A stretch of DNA of 64,000 nt, from sequence record PP496443.1; one strand, written 5' to 3'. Below, in pieces: positions 28,413-37,871 of this stretch. The stretch's first letter is position 1; the number at the start of each line of letters is the position of its first letter. A model generated the notes under the pieces. It made no database searches, was not told the origin of the DNA, and saw only the letters and a program-made list of their open reading frames with translations. Position numbers and translations under genes: made by a program.

Positions 28413-30299
28413 ATGTCCAATACTTCCAAGGTTACCGCGCTGTCCACCTTCAAGATTTCCAAACTGACCCAATCGATTTTGGATATCCTGAAGAAAGATG
28501 GCTCGATGTCGCTCAGCGAATACGGCGAGCTGCCGTTGCAGGTGGGTTTGGCAACCGAGGTATTGCTTCACGCTGATTGCCCCGCCAATACAGTGTTCAG
28601 CATCAAGGGCCGTTCCGTCGGTCGCTACGTTGAACTGACTCATCTCGATGTGGCCGACAAGATCAAGCCGGACCCACTCGCCAGCATCGGTGCCACCAGC
28701 GCCGCTCAGGTACCCGCAGCATTCGACGGCGAAATCAAACTGATGTATCTCGCCATCCCTACTACCACCGAAATGGATGCAGACGGCCTGCTCGAATACG
28801 TCGAAGAGATGATCGACACCATTCGCGAATCGCTCGTTTCCGAAGGCTACTCCCCCGAGGAACGTGAGACGCTGATCGGCGTGCACAAAGACTTCGTCGA
28901 GCATACCAGTGAAGTGCACGTGTTCATCGATCTGGACATCCTCGAAGACGCGAAGTACAGCGTCACTCTCGATGAGTACTTCGAAGCTGATGCCTACGAG
29001 AAGTTCGACAGCGACGAGTACGACGAGAAGTATCGCTTGCCTGAACTGTTGCGCGGCCTGCCAGATGACGTCATGCTGCAACTGGCGGCGAAGCTCGACA
29101 TCAAGAAGGGCACCACCAAGAAGTCGAAGCTGACCACGGCCAGCATCACCGAGGCCATCCTCAAGCTCGACACCGAAGTCGTCAAAGCGGCCATCTCCGA
29201 GCTGATCGATCCGGCTGCTGTCGAAACCACGGAAGGCGCCGACGCCGACTTGGCCGAGACCCTCAGCGGCTTGACGGCCAAGCAACTGCGTGAGGTGGCA
29301 GATCACATGGAGCTGGAAGTCGGCAAGAAGGACAAGTCCGAAGCCATCACCGCGCTGATCCTCGCCGAAGAAGAAGGCGACGTGATCGATGCGCTGGACG
29401 CACTGGGCTTGCTGGAAGATGAAACCCCGGAAGGCGGCGGTGTTTCCGAGGAAGAATCGTTGGAGGACATCCTGAAAGGTCTGGACGACGCCGACGTTCG
29501 TGCCACGGCCAAAGCGTTGAAGCTGACCGTGCCGAAGAAGACAACGCTGGAAGGTGTTATCGCCCTGTTGCTGGAAGAGGATGCGAACGACGTAGCGGAA
29601 GCGCTGGTTGATCTGGGCTTCGTCGAAGCGGAGGAAGAAGAGGAAGTCGAAACCCCACCGGCTGACGACGAGGAAGAGGAGCAGGAAGAGGAAGAAGAAC
29701 TCGACACCGTGGAGCTGGAGAACGCACTGGCCGAGCTAGACGTTGACCAGATGACCGTCGTTATCGAAACGCTGGAGCTGGAGCTGCCGAAGAAGCCGAC
29801 GCTGGCAACCCTGACCAAGGTGATCATGGACTCCGTGACCGACGACGAAACGCTGGAAGCGGCAACCGACGCCGTGGCAGAGGAAGCTGGCGAGGGTGAG
29901 GAAGGTGAGTCGCTGGAAACGCTGTACAGCGTGCTGGTCGATCTGAAGGCAACCCGTGGCAATGCGGCAACCCGCAAGGAAGCGCTGGCCGAGATGTCAG
30001 AAACCGACTTGACCGAAGCCAAGCGCAAAGACGTGGTCGCCCTGTTCGCCATCGCCGAGATGACCGAGCTGGACGAAGACGCTCAGGAGCTGATCGCTCG
30101 ACTGGCCGGTGAAGACACCGAGCTGAACGAGACCGTGCTGGGCTACTTCACCAAGGTGTTCGCCAAGCTGATCGCTGACGATGCCCCGGAAGAAGAGGCA
30201 ACCCCGGAGCCAACCAAAGCACCAGCGAAGGGCAAAGCCAACGCAGCCAAACCAGCGGGCAAAGGTCCAACCACCCGCAAGCCAGCCAGCAAGAAGTAA
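28413..30299 (+). CDS. Very acidic protein with four helical repeats (Rho-N/HEH-like) and a basic tail
   Basis: AGGAG SD; repeats LRGLPDDVMLQLAAKL, LSGLTAKQLREVADHM, LKGLDDADVRATAKAL and LAELDVDQMTVVIETL. Confidence 0.7.
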   Translation: MSNTSKVTALSTFKISKLTQSILDILKKDGSMSLSEYGELPLQVGLATEVLLHADCPANTVFSIKGRSVGRYVELTHLDVADKIKPDPLASIGATSAAQVPAAFDGEIKLMYLAIPTTTEMDADGLLEYVEEMIDTIRESLVSEGYSPEERETLIGVHKDFVEHTSEVHVFIDLDILEDAKYSVTLDEYFEADAYEKFDSDEYDEKYRLPELLRGLPDDVMLQLAAKLDIKKGTTKKSKLTTASITEAILKLDTEVVKAAISELIDPAAVETTEGADADLAETLSGLTAKQLREVADHMELEVGKKDKSEAITALILAEEEGDVIDALDALGLLEDETPEGGGVSEEESLEDILKGLDDADVRATAKALKLTVPKKTTLEGVIALLLEEDANDVAEALVDLGFVEAEEEEEVETPPADDEEEEQEEEEELDTVELENALAELDVDQMTVVIETLELELPKKPTLATLTKVIMDSVTDDETLEAATDAVAEEAGEGEEGESLETLYSVLVDLKATRGNAATRKEALAEMSETDLTEAKRKDVVALFAIAEMTELDEDAQELIARLAGEDTELNETVLGYFTKVFAKLIADDAPEEEATPEPTKAPAKGKANAAKPAGKGPTTRKPASKK

Positions 30300-30319
30300 C
30301 TGACTGACCCGCAGCAACG

Positions 30320-30346
30320 TGCCCCGGTTTCGACTGGGGCATTTTT
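30320..30346 (+). terminator. Intrinsic terminator
   Basis: TGCCCCGG-TTTCGA-CTGGGGCA plus TTTTT. Confidence 0.8.
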
Positions 30347-30379
30347 CTCTCAAGCCCAACTGTCCCATTGAGGTGATCC

Positions 30380-30793
30380 ATGTTCAAGCATTATGTGTCT
30401 GGCCCGAGCAGTAACGAAACCGCCGATCTTCCCCCGCACTTGGCTCACTGGCATAAGCGCTCGACTAAGGTGCTGCGCATGCTGTGGACGATCAAGTCAA
30501 CCCCCGAGCAGATGAAGGAGCGTCGGGTAGCTCATGGATCTATCGAGCTGACGGAACTGAAATCTCAGGAGGGTGAAGAGGTAGGCATCCACGGGTACAC
30601 GTACCCGATGCCGGACTGCTACCTGATCCACATCTCCAACTGGGCGGTATATCGCGGCAAGCACCCGAGCAATGAGATCAAGGATTGGCTGAACCCGGAG
30701 CATGCCTATGAGGTGTACGAGTTCACCACGATCAATGAAGCATTTGCCTTCCTCGCCCTTTTCACCGCCGACAAGATCTGCGTCCAACGCTGA
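30380..30793 (+). CDS. Hypothetical protein
   Basis: Preceded by the CTGTCCCATTGAGG leader motif. Confidence 0.65.
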   Translation: MFKHYVSGPSSNETADLPPHLAHWHKRSTKVLRMLWTIKSTPEQMKERRVAHGSIELTELKSQEGEEVGIHGYTYPMPDCYLIHISNWAVYRGKHPSNEIKDWLNPEHAYEVYEFTTINEAFAFLALFTADKICVQR

Positions 30794-30822
30794 TCCACTC
30801 CCTGTCCCAATGAGGTGTCACC

Positions 30823-31059
30823 ATGCCAATGTCATTCCCAGATATGCAGTCCCTGATCAACCGTGCCGAACAACGAGGCTTCCGTCGCCCGCTCAAAGCG
30901 GAAACCGAAGAGGAGTTCCGTAACGCGCTGGCAGACCACATGCTTCACATCGACCGTGTGGAATCCGCCGAGATCCGTTCGGGCAAAGGCTGGGACCAGC
31001 AAGACCCCCGCGCCATGCTGTCGGCCATGGGAATCGATCTCAAGGATTTTGAGTTTTGA
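30823..31059 (+). CDS. Small hypothetical protein
   Basis: Preceded by the CTGTCCCAATGAGG leader motif. Confidence 0.65.
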   Translation: MPMSFPDMQSLINRAEQRGFRRPLKAETEEEFRNALADHMLHIDRVESAEIRSGKGWDQQDPRAMLSAMGIDLKDFEF

Positions 31060-31349
31060 TCCGGGTGCTGCTGGTGCTGGCACTGGCAAGCGTACTGGCG
31101 GGCTGTGCGGGCAACCAATACGAGCCGTCGCAGGCGGCCATTTACGGGGATTGCCGGACCCAAACCATACCAACGGTGGGCCACGGGCGTTACGAAGCGC
31201 CTGCGACGGCTCAGGAGCCCGTGGGCGGCGTGTACTATGACCCGGAACTGGTCGCCATGCGCCCCGGCTTCGGCACTTCCGAGACCATGCGGCGTGTCCT
31301 GCCACTGATCCGCATCTTGATCGGTCCGACTTCCGACATCTATTTTTGA
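31056..31349 (+). CDS. Lipoprotein
   Basis: TTG start overlapping previous stop; lipobox VLAGC after a hydrophobic signal. Confidence 0.65.
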   Translation: MIRVLLVLALASVLAGCAGNQYEPSQAAIYGDCRTQTIPTVGHGRYEAPATAQEPVGGVYYDPELVAMRPGFGTSETMRRVLPLIRILIGPTSDIYF

Positions 31350-31357
31350 GGTGACAC

Positions 31358-32581
31358 ATGAACAACAATTCTGAATCTTTCGCTTTCGCGGAAGGCGGTG
31401 CAAACGAACTGGCTCGACTGATCAACCAAGAGATCACGGAATGCCAGTCCATGGGCGCTGATGAAGGTTCGTTCGCCATTCACACGGTGGGACGCTATCA
31501 GGTACAGATTCGTGTCACCCGCGAATACGACAACAAGCTCGACACTCTGATGTCGGGGGTGGCAGTCCCCGCGTCGGACGAAGCCGAAGAATCGGATGAC
31601 GACTTCGACGAAGATGATGACGATGCGGACAATGAGGAAGAGCTGGCCGCATTCATCAAGGACGACGAAGATCGGGAGGAACGTGAGGAAGAGGAAGCGT
31701 TCGACCGGGAAGTGCATGACGAGATCATGGCCGGTCAGGACAGTCGGAACGTGGAAGAGCTGCGCACACCGCTGCTGGAACTGTCCATGCTAGGTCTGGT
31801 GACGTTGCGTAACCATCTGGAAAAGTCTTTAGGGAAACAATCCACTGCCGGGCTCTTCTTCACCCTCATGGGCAAGGAAGACCGTGTGGATGCAGTTCTT
31901 GACTCCTACACGTCCGAGCAGATCACCGCAGCACTCGAAGCCGTTGGGCTGACTACGTCTCACCCTGACCGTGACGTAGAAGAACTGTTCGGGGAGACGG
32001 ACGATCTGGCGGCGGGAATCCAGAGCGAGGAAGACCTGGAGCGTCTGGAGGAATCCCAGTATAGAGAGTTCCCTTCGCCCGAGGGTTACAACAAGGAGCA
32101 GACCGAGATTGCTGACATGCTGGTCAATAAGTCGGGTGCTGCCTTGAACTTTATCCACCGTGGCTTGAAAACGATGAGTCTGGATGAGTCGCCGTTTGAC
32201 CCCATGACCAAGGTGAAGAGGATTCGTGCCATCCTTGCATATCCAGTAGGTCATATCCGGGCTGTGATTAGATCTAGCAATCTGGATACGCGGACCGACT
32301 TCGAACGTCACGACCCGGACCACGCTCTGGTCACCAGTGCCACCCGCACCAAAGAGCGGTGTGTCCAGTTGGCTAAGCTATCCCGTGAAGACCTGCTTCG
32401 ACTGATCGAATTGATCGAGCAAGGTGAAGGTAAGGCAGGTATTGTAACGACGGCGGGCACGCATATCTCCACGCTCATCGATCATCTGGTGGACTACTAC
32501 ACCCACGCTCAGGTGCAGTCTGCGGCTAAGGAACTGGGCCTCAAACTGGCGTCGGCCACCGTAAAGGGTTCAGAGCTGTGA
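31358..32581 (+). CDS. Acidic protein with three helical repeats resembling those of the 28413 gene
   Basis: GAGGT SD; repeats ending YTSEQITAALEAVGL, YPVGHIRAVIRSSNL and YTHAQVQSAAKELGL. Confidence 0.65.
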   Translation: MNNNSESFAFAEGGANELARLINQEITECQSMGADEGSFAIHTVGRYQVQIRVTREYDNKLDTLMSGVAVPASDEAEESDDDFDEDDDDADNEEELAAFIKDDEDREEREEEEAFDREVHDEIMAGQDSRNVEELRTPLLELSMLGLVTLRNHLEKSLGKQSTAGLFFTLMGKEDRVDAVLDSYTSEQITAALEAVGLTTSHPDRDVEELFGETDDLAAGIQSEEDLERLEESQYREFPSPEGYNKEQTEIADMLVNKSGAALNFIHRGLKTMSLDESPFDPMTKVKRIRAILAYPVGHIRAVIRSSNLDTRTDFERHDPDHALVTSATRTKERCVQLAKLSREDLLRLIELIEQGEGKAGIVTTAGTHISTLIDHLVDYYTHAQVQSAAKELGLKLASATVKGSEL

Positions 32582-33126
32582 ACAGTAGAGGGAAGCAACT
32601 CATTCGGGCGATCACTCTGATCGAGATACGTAGAAGCCGAGAGTACCAGTTGATCAAGAAAGCCTACGGTACTCAAGTGGCACATCGTAGTCAGGTACCG
32701 TTGACCAATCATATCGACGAGGGTTTGCAGGTGTTATACGATCTGCATGCGGACCCACATACCATGAAAGCATTCTGCTTGCATCCGTTGCTGCAAGACT
32801 ACGACATGCTGGAGCTGCACTGGCGCAAGCTGACAGGTGACCGACTGGTTAGCCGAGAAGCTCTAGTGTTGGCAATGGAGTATCGGCGTGCGGCTAACAC
32901 GTATCTGTGCAGGCCAGAGACCGATGGGTATTCGTTGGAGGACGCTCAAAAGGCTATCGGGTTGTTGCTCCCCGAAGTGAGACAGATGCTGATAGCGGAC
33001 AAGCGACAGAATCAAAAGGACTTCCTCATTCATCACGCGGAGACCCACCCACGTCGGAATCAGCTTGACGTCTACTTCAAACGATGGTTACTTATCTTGG
33101 AGGGACCACCCAGTGGAAAGCCCTGA
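32578..33126 (+). CDS. HD-fold-like protein (SpoT/Mesh1-like pattern, HD replaced by HP)
   Basis: RSQVPLTNH ~ RKSGEPYIxH; AFCLHPLLQD ~ AALLHDxxED; MLIADKRQN ~ VKLADRLHN. Confidence 0.45.
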   Translation: MNSRGKQLIRAITLIEIRRSREYQLIKKAYGTQVAHRSQVPLTNHIDEGLQVLYDLHADPHTMKAFCLHPLLQDYDMLELHWRKLTGDRLVSREALVLAMEYRRAANTYLCRPETDGYSLEDAQKAIGLLLPEVRQMLIADKRQNQKDFLIHHAETHPRRNQLDVYFKRWLLILEGPPSGKP

Positions 33127-33316
33127 CCTTATCTTCCCCGACGGAATGCCCACCACGCCGCAAGGTTGGGACTGCTACATTCTGATGCTTCGGATGTTGA
33201 TGACCCGACAGGAGGTGGCAATGGAAAAGGAAATGAAGGCACTGCGCCGCCATCGGGCATTAACATATGCCGAAGAACCGATGTTCCCCGTATACGACCC
33301 TGCCGATCACTATTGA
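33113..33316 (+). CDS. Small hypothetical protein
   Basis: GGAGG SD before GTG 33113. Confidence 0.55.
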   Translation: MESPDLIFPDGMPTTPQGWDCYILMLRMLMTRQEVAMEKEMKALRRHRALTYAEEPMFPVYDPADHY

Positions 33317-33325
33317 TCGAACCTG

Positions 33326-33358
33326 AACCCGCCGGTCCCAAGCCGTGCGGGTTTTTTC
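33326..33358 (+). terminator. Intrinsic terminator
   Basis: AACCCGC-CGG..CCG-T-GCGGGTT plus T-tract. Confidence 0.75.
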
Positions 33359-33410
33359 GTCTCCAGCGTCCGGTAAATGAGACGTATAAATCCACACTGG
33401 AGTCAATACA

Positions 33411-33605
33411 ATGAGACGTCCTTGGCGATTCATCGGTGCCTTATTTTTCACCTTCTGCTTTCTCCTCTTTGCCATGGGCATGGGGTCTGCCATCACAACA
33501 GCGGGTTCTGAATACCCCAAACTGATAGGGATTACCTTTTCCCTTTTAACGACAACCCTGATTGCCATCTTGTGGCAGTACGTCCGTGACGGGGAGGACT
33601 TATGA
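33411..33605 (+). CDS. Small two-TM membrane protein
   Basis: GGAG SD; two hydrophobic spans. Confidence 0.6.
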   Translation: MRRPWRFIGALFFTFCFLLFAMGMGSAITTAGSEYPKLIGITFSLLTTTLIAILWQYVRDGEDL

Positions 33606-33793
33606 AGCGCTTTCTAGTCATCATGATCTTTACGATAGGCTACCCTCTGTTCCTCGAAGCATTGGTGGAAGCAGACGGGACTGTCGTGCACGTACCCTTT
33701 CTCTTGAAGCTGGTACTGCAAGTTGTTGTGTTCTTCCACGCGGCTAGTTCTTATGACATGCTGTTTCCAGAGGGTAGAGTCCGTGGCCGTTAA
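33602..33793 (+). CDS. Small two-TM membrane protein
   Basis: GGAGG SD; ATGA overlap; two hydrophobic spans. Confidence 0.6.
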   Translation: MKRFLVIMIFTIGYPLFLEALVEADGTVVHVPFLLKLVLQVVVFFHAASSYDMLFPEGRVRGR

Positions 33794-34853
33794 AGAGACC
33801 AGTGTCGTACATATCGGTGACCTTCACCTGAACAAGCTGGACCGGGTGTTCGGCGACAAGGCACTGGACTACCAGTTCGCCGAGATCAGGAAGCCGCTCG
33901 ACTACGCCGTGGAGAAGGGCATCAAGCATGTCATCTTCCTCGGCGACATCGCCGACAAGCCCCGCATGACAGAGGAAGCCTTGATCCGGCTGGTGCTCCT
34001 GCTCCGAGACTACACCGACAAGGATCGCGTCCTCCATCTGATCAAGGGCAACCATGATGTTGAGAACAAGGAACGTCACTCGCTACGCGGGCTGGAAGAC
34101 CTGTGCAAAGCGGGCATGCTCCCCAATGTTCACATCTACACCGACCCCGCGCTGGTATGGATCGATGGATGCCCGATCAACTTCGCCCCGTTCCCGTCCA
34201 CAAGCGCGCAGGCGGACGCTTTGAACATCGGCCACTTCGATACCCCCGGCACCATCCGGGATAACGGCCACGTGGCGCCTGGGGACTTGCCGCCCGCACG
34301 GGATCAATGGGTGATTGGTCACCTGCACACGCCGCAGGAAGGGAACCGCAGGCATTACGCGGGTACCTTGTACCAACTCAGCCGGGCCGAGCAGCGGATC
34401 AAGAGCTTCACCGTCAGCCGTCTGAAGTACGACACCAAAGCCAAGGTGGGTAGCCGACTGACCGTACGCCACCAGCGCGTACCTGTTACTCCCGAATTCC
34501 AGTTCGTCAACGTTGAGGTTGTTCGCCTACGTGACCTTGATCAAGTGACGGACAACCCTTTGCATCTGCACACGGTGTGGGTAAAATCCAAGGTGGAACT
34601 TCCGGCCACGTGGTTGCAGCAACACCCCAACGTTATTGACCTGATCCCGTACAGCAACAAGAAGCAGCTCAAGGAACTCCAGAGTACGGGCATCGAGAAA
34701 GTAGACCTTGAGCTGGACAAGATGTTCGATCAATACGTCACCGATAAGTTCTCCCTGACTCCACAAGAGTTGAAATTCGCTCAGTACACGGTGAACAGGT
34801 ACCATGGTCAGATTACAAAGAGTACCCTATCTGATATTTCATCAGAAGGTTAA
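33783..34853 (+). CDS. sbcD: SbcD/Mre11-like metallophosphoesterase nuclease
   Basis: GDLH, GDIAD, GNHD, IGH and GHLH motifs; GTG start chosen. Confidence 0.88.
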   Translation: MAVKETSVVHIGDLHLNKLDRVFGDKALDYQFAEIRKPLDYAVEKGIKHVIFLGDIADKPRMTEEALIRLVLLLRDYTDKDRVLHLIKGNHDVENKERHSLRGLEDLCKAGMLPNVHIYTDPALVWIDGCPINFAPFPSTSAQADALNIGHFDTPGTIRDNGHVAPGDLPPARDQWVIGHLHTPQEGNRRHYAGTLYQLSRAEQRIKSFTVSRLKYDTKAKVGSRLTVRHQRVPVTPEFQFVNVEVVRLRDLDQVTDNPLHLHTVWVKSKVELPATWLQQHPNVIDLIPYSNKKQLKELQSTGIEKVDLELDKMFDQYVTDKFSLTPQELKFAQYTVNRYHGQITKSTLSDISSEG

Positions 34854-34981
34854 GGCTTGCAAGGTACAGCGTCCGGTGCCAATGGGCCGGGAATACGTCA
34901 ACAAGAAAGGTGAGGTTGTTGGACTGGCTGAATACCATCGCCATGACAGACCCATCTACTACATACCAATTGAGGTTAGCG

Positions 34982-35563
34982 ATGAACAGAACAGTAGTCA
35001 AGCTCGGGATTCGGGCGCTCAAGCTGCGAGAGATGTATACGTCGAGTGACTGGCACGTCTCGTTCGACTTGAAACTCGCCAAAGATTTCCTTGATAAGCA
35101 GGCTACGGAAACCTACATCAAGCTGGCGCAGTCCGTAGAAGGTTGCTACTTCCTCGACGTAGCGGAAGACGGGAACCCTATCAAGCAGGTTGATCCGGTG
35201 TACGTAGAGCTTAGTCTGGCGATTAAGTCTACAGCAATCATTTCGTTCGCCAAGGCACTGATGGCTACGGAAGGTAATCTGTTCAGTGGGATACTGGCCG
35301 AGCTTCAGAACATGGGGTTGATTGCGTTCGGGATGGTACAGATTCCTGATCCGAGGTTCCTCATCACCCGGCCCACGCTGGACGAAGGTGACGTGCCGGA
35401 AGGTAAGGTGTACTTGCTTCAAGGTCACGGAACGAAGCTGTTCAAGAAGCTTAGTATCGCCACCACGATCCCTGTAGACCCACAAGGTAATCCGATAGGT
35501 CTAGCAGAACCCGTTCATGTAAAATGGCCTGCTCAACTACTTGAGGTTCACTTCGATGACTGA
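34982..35563 (+). CDS. Hypothetical protein
   Basis: GAGG SD before ATG 34982. Confidence 0.55.
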   Translation: MNRTVVKLGIRALKLREMYTSSDWHVSFDLKLAKDFLDKQATETYIKLAQSVEGCYFLDVAEDGNPIKQVDPVYVELSLAIKSTAIISFAKALMATEGNLFSGILAELQNMGLIAFGMVQIPDPRFLITRPTLDEGDVPEGKVYLLQGHGTKLFKKLSIATTIPVDPQGNPIGLAEPVHVKWPAQLLEVHFDD

Positions 35564-36536
35564 GACATGGGACCAGCGCCGCCGCCGAATCATGGCGGAG
35601 ATCAATGCGGAGGAATCTGCCAAAGAGCAGGACCGCCAGAAGGTGACCGTCAAGCATACGAAGTGGATGCCGCGAGCAGGTATGCTTCGGGGTAGTCTGG
35701 CCAATCATACATTGTCGCCGCAACCGTTCAATCCCCAGGCCAACGTGCACAAGCTGATCCACGTCTTGACTCATGCCAAGGAAGAGATCAAGCGCTCGGA
35801 TCGACTGGTAACCCTGTTCCTACCCGGCGACAACACGACCCGAATGCTGGAGCGGGATGCCGCACTTACCTGCCTGCGTAGCAATGAGGAAGGTTTCCCT
35901 TTCGTACGAGGTCTGGTGCACAGTACGCCCGAGTTCGAGATTGACTTCTTATCCCTTCGGCTTGACGAAGCTAGTCAGCAAGCGGCTTACGATAAAGGCG
36001 TGATCACTCCCGTATATCATCTCAGCCTAAAGGACAAGGCTAGTGTGTCGGGGTATTCGATCTACTCCGATGAGGATGTGATCACGCCTTCAGTCGAGAT
36101 GATCTACTGCATGGCCCGCTGCATGTCGGCAATGTTCCGCAGGATTGTGGAACCGGTCTTGACCGTGGATACGCGGGTTCTGATGTTGGCTGTCACGGCG
36201 TTCACGGATGAGTTCAACAGGCTGATAGCCCATCGGTACATGCAAGGCTGGTCAGCACGCTATGAACTAAGAGGGTATGAGATTGTCATTCGACTGGTGC
36301 ACGAAAAGGCATTCAAGTCGTACACGCTCAATCTGGCGTTCGAACGGTCCGGTGTCCTTCTTCATCTGGTCACGCTTAACGACATCCTGACGGTCAATAC
36401 CTACCGACTGTTGCTGGCGCTGCTCTATCCCGAGGTAGAGATGCCAGCGATCCTGCGCCGGAACCAGACCACGGCGGGCGTCATGCCCTACTACTCCAAC
36501 ATCTTGCCCAGCGTCGGCTTTGAACTGGATCTGTAA
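35556..36536 (+). CDS. Hypothetical protein
   Basis: GAGG SD before ATG 35556; long ORF. Confidence 0.6.
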   Translation: MTETWDQRRRRIMAEINAEESAKEQDRQKVTVKHTKWMPRAGMLRGSLANHTLSPQPFNPQANVHKLIHVLTHAKEEIKRSDRLVTLFLPGDNTTRMLERDAALTCLRSNEEGFPFVRGLVHSTPEFEIDFLSLRLDEASQQAAYDKGVITPVYHLSLKDKASVSGYSIYSDEDVITPSVEMIYCMARCMSAMFRRIVEPVLTVDTRVLMLAVTAFTDEFNRLIAHRYMQGWSARYELRGYEIVIRLVHEKAFKSYTLNLAFERSGVLLHLVTLNDILTVNTYRLLLALLYPEVEMPAILRRNQTTAGVMPYYSNILPSVGFELDL

Positions 36537-36582
36537 ATAACCAGCAGCAAGCTTACACACCTACCGAATAAGGATCAGACAG

Positions 36583-37782
36583 ATGGCTCGCAGTAGCGAA
36601 GTAACCGCACCCAAGAAAGCAACGATCAAGGAGCGCCAGCTCGATCTCAAGTACCGCCCATGGCAGTGGTCTGACGTCGTTGGTCATGCACCCGTTCTCA
36701 ACGAACTCAAGGCGATCGTCAAGAACGCTTCCAAGAGCCTACCAGCAGTGCTGGGCTTCTTCGGGGAGTCAGGGCGGGGCAAGACCACGCTAGCCCGCAT
36801 GATGGCTACCTACCTGAACTGCGCTACAGACGACGCTTGTGGTGAGTGCGAGTCGTGCACCTTGATGCTCGACAACCGGCATCCTGACTACAAAGAAATA
36901 AACATGGCTGAGATCGGTGCTGACGAAGTGGGCGCCATCATAAATAACGCCAACTTCAAGCCTCGTTTCAAGACTCGCATCATCTTCCTCGACGAAATCC
37001 ACAAGATCAAATCGCAGCAGGCGATGGACAAGCTGCTCAAGCCAATGGAAGAACCTCCGGTCAACACCATGTGGGTCATCGCGACTAACCTGCCGGAGAA
37101 GATTCCAAACAACAAAGCAGTAGTCGGGCGTACACTGGCGTTCTGGTTAAACGCACCGACACCAGAGGAAATCTCCAAGCGCTTGCAGACCATTGCCAAG
37201 CTGGAGAAAATGGCGTGGGTCACCAGTGAGATGACCAACACGCTGGCGCAGAACTGCAACGCCCAGGTACGTAACTCGGTCAAGTCACTGGAACGTCTGA
37301 TCAACGCCGGTACGGAGTTCTTCTCCAATGACCGCAAAGCCAAGCGCACCGGGAAGATCGACAAGAAGTCGCTGGATGTCATGCTCAGCAGCATCACGTC
37401 TGCGGGCGTCGGTGAGGATTCAGAGGTCAATCAACTGGCTTCCGATCTGTTGCTGGCGTTGTACACCAGTGATCCGGGCAAGGCAATGGTCGCCATTATG
37501 TCCTGCAAGGATCAGGTAAAGCTGGTCAACTCCATGATGTACCTGAACCAGTATGTGCTGGCCGTGCAGTTCACGCAGCGCTGCCCCGGCATCTGGCATT
37601 CGGACACCAACAAGGCGTTCGCGGCACTGGTCAAGAAAGTCTGCAAGGCAATCCCGGCCAACGAGCTGGGCATGCTGCATAAGGCAATTATTGACCTGCG
37701 CATGGCAGTGGTCAGCGGCAACGTAGACGCCACCCAGCATATGATCGCCGGTTGCATGAACCTGATGCTTCCCCCGGAGTAA
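36583..37782 (+). CDS. dnaX: Clamp loader AAA+ ATPase, DnaX (gamma/tau)-like
   Basis: KYRP..SDVVGH, GESGRGKTT, zinc motif C..DDACGECESC, LDEIH and LLKPMEEP. Confidence 0.88.
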   Translation: MARSSEVTAPKKATIKERQLDLKYRPWQWSDVVGHAPVLNELKAIVKNASKSLPAVLGFFGESGRGKTTLARMMATYLNCATDDACGECESCTLMLDNRHPDYKEINMAEIGADEVGAIINNANFKPRFKTRIIFLDEIHKIKSQQAMDKLLKPMEEPPVNTMWVIATNLPEKIPNNKAVVGRTLAFWLNAPTPEEISKRLQTIAKLEKMAWVTSEMTNTLAQNCNAQVRNSVKSLERLINAGTEFFSNDRKAKRTGKIDKKSLDVMLSSITSAGVGEDSEVNQLASDLLLALYTSDPGKAMVAIMSCKDQVKLVNSMMYLNQYVLAVQFTQRCPGIWHSDTNKAFAALVKKVCKAIPANELGMLHKAIIDLRMAVVSGNVDATQHMIAGCMNLMLPPE

Positions 37783-37786
37783 GACC

Positions 37787-37870
37787 ATGGATTGGTTATA
37801 CCTAATAGGTATGCTTGCGGTAATTCTTGCCGGTTGCTACCTTCACGCCAACTGGTATCCGGGTGACTGA
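37787..37870 (+). CDS. 27-aa membrane micro-peptide with lipobox-like ILAGC
   Basis: MDWLYLIGMLAVILAGCYLHANWYPGD; GGAG upstream; fills the gap exactly; not in ORF track. Confidence 0.45.
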   Translation: MDWLYLIGMLAVILAGCYLHANWYPGD

Positions 37871-37871
37871 C

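Noticed and set aside
34804-35049. 81-aa ORF between sbcD and the 34982 gene
   Set aside because: It overlaps both neighbours substantially and has no clear SD; a shorter version from 34882 is possible but unsupported
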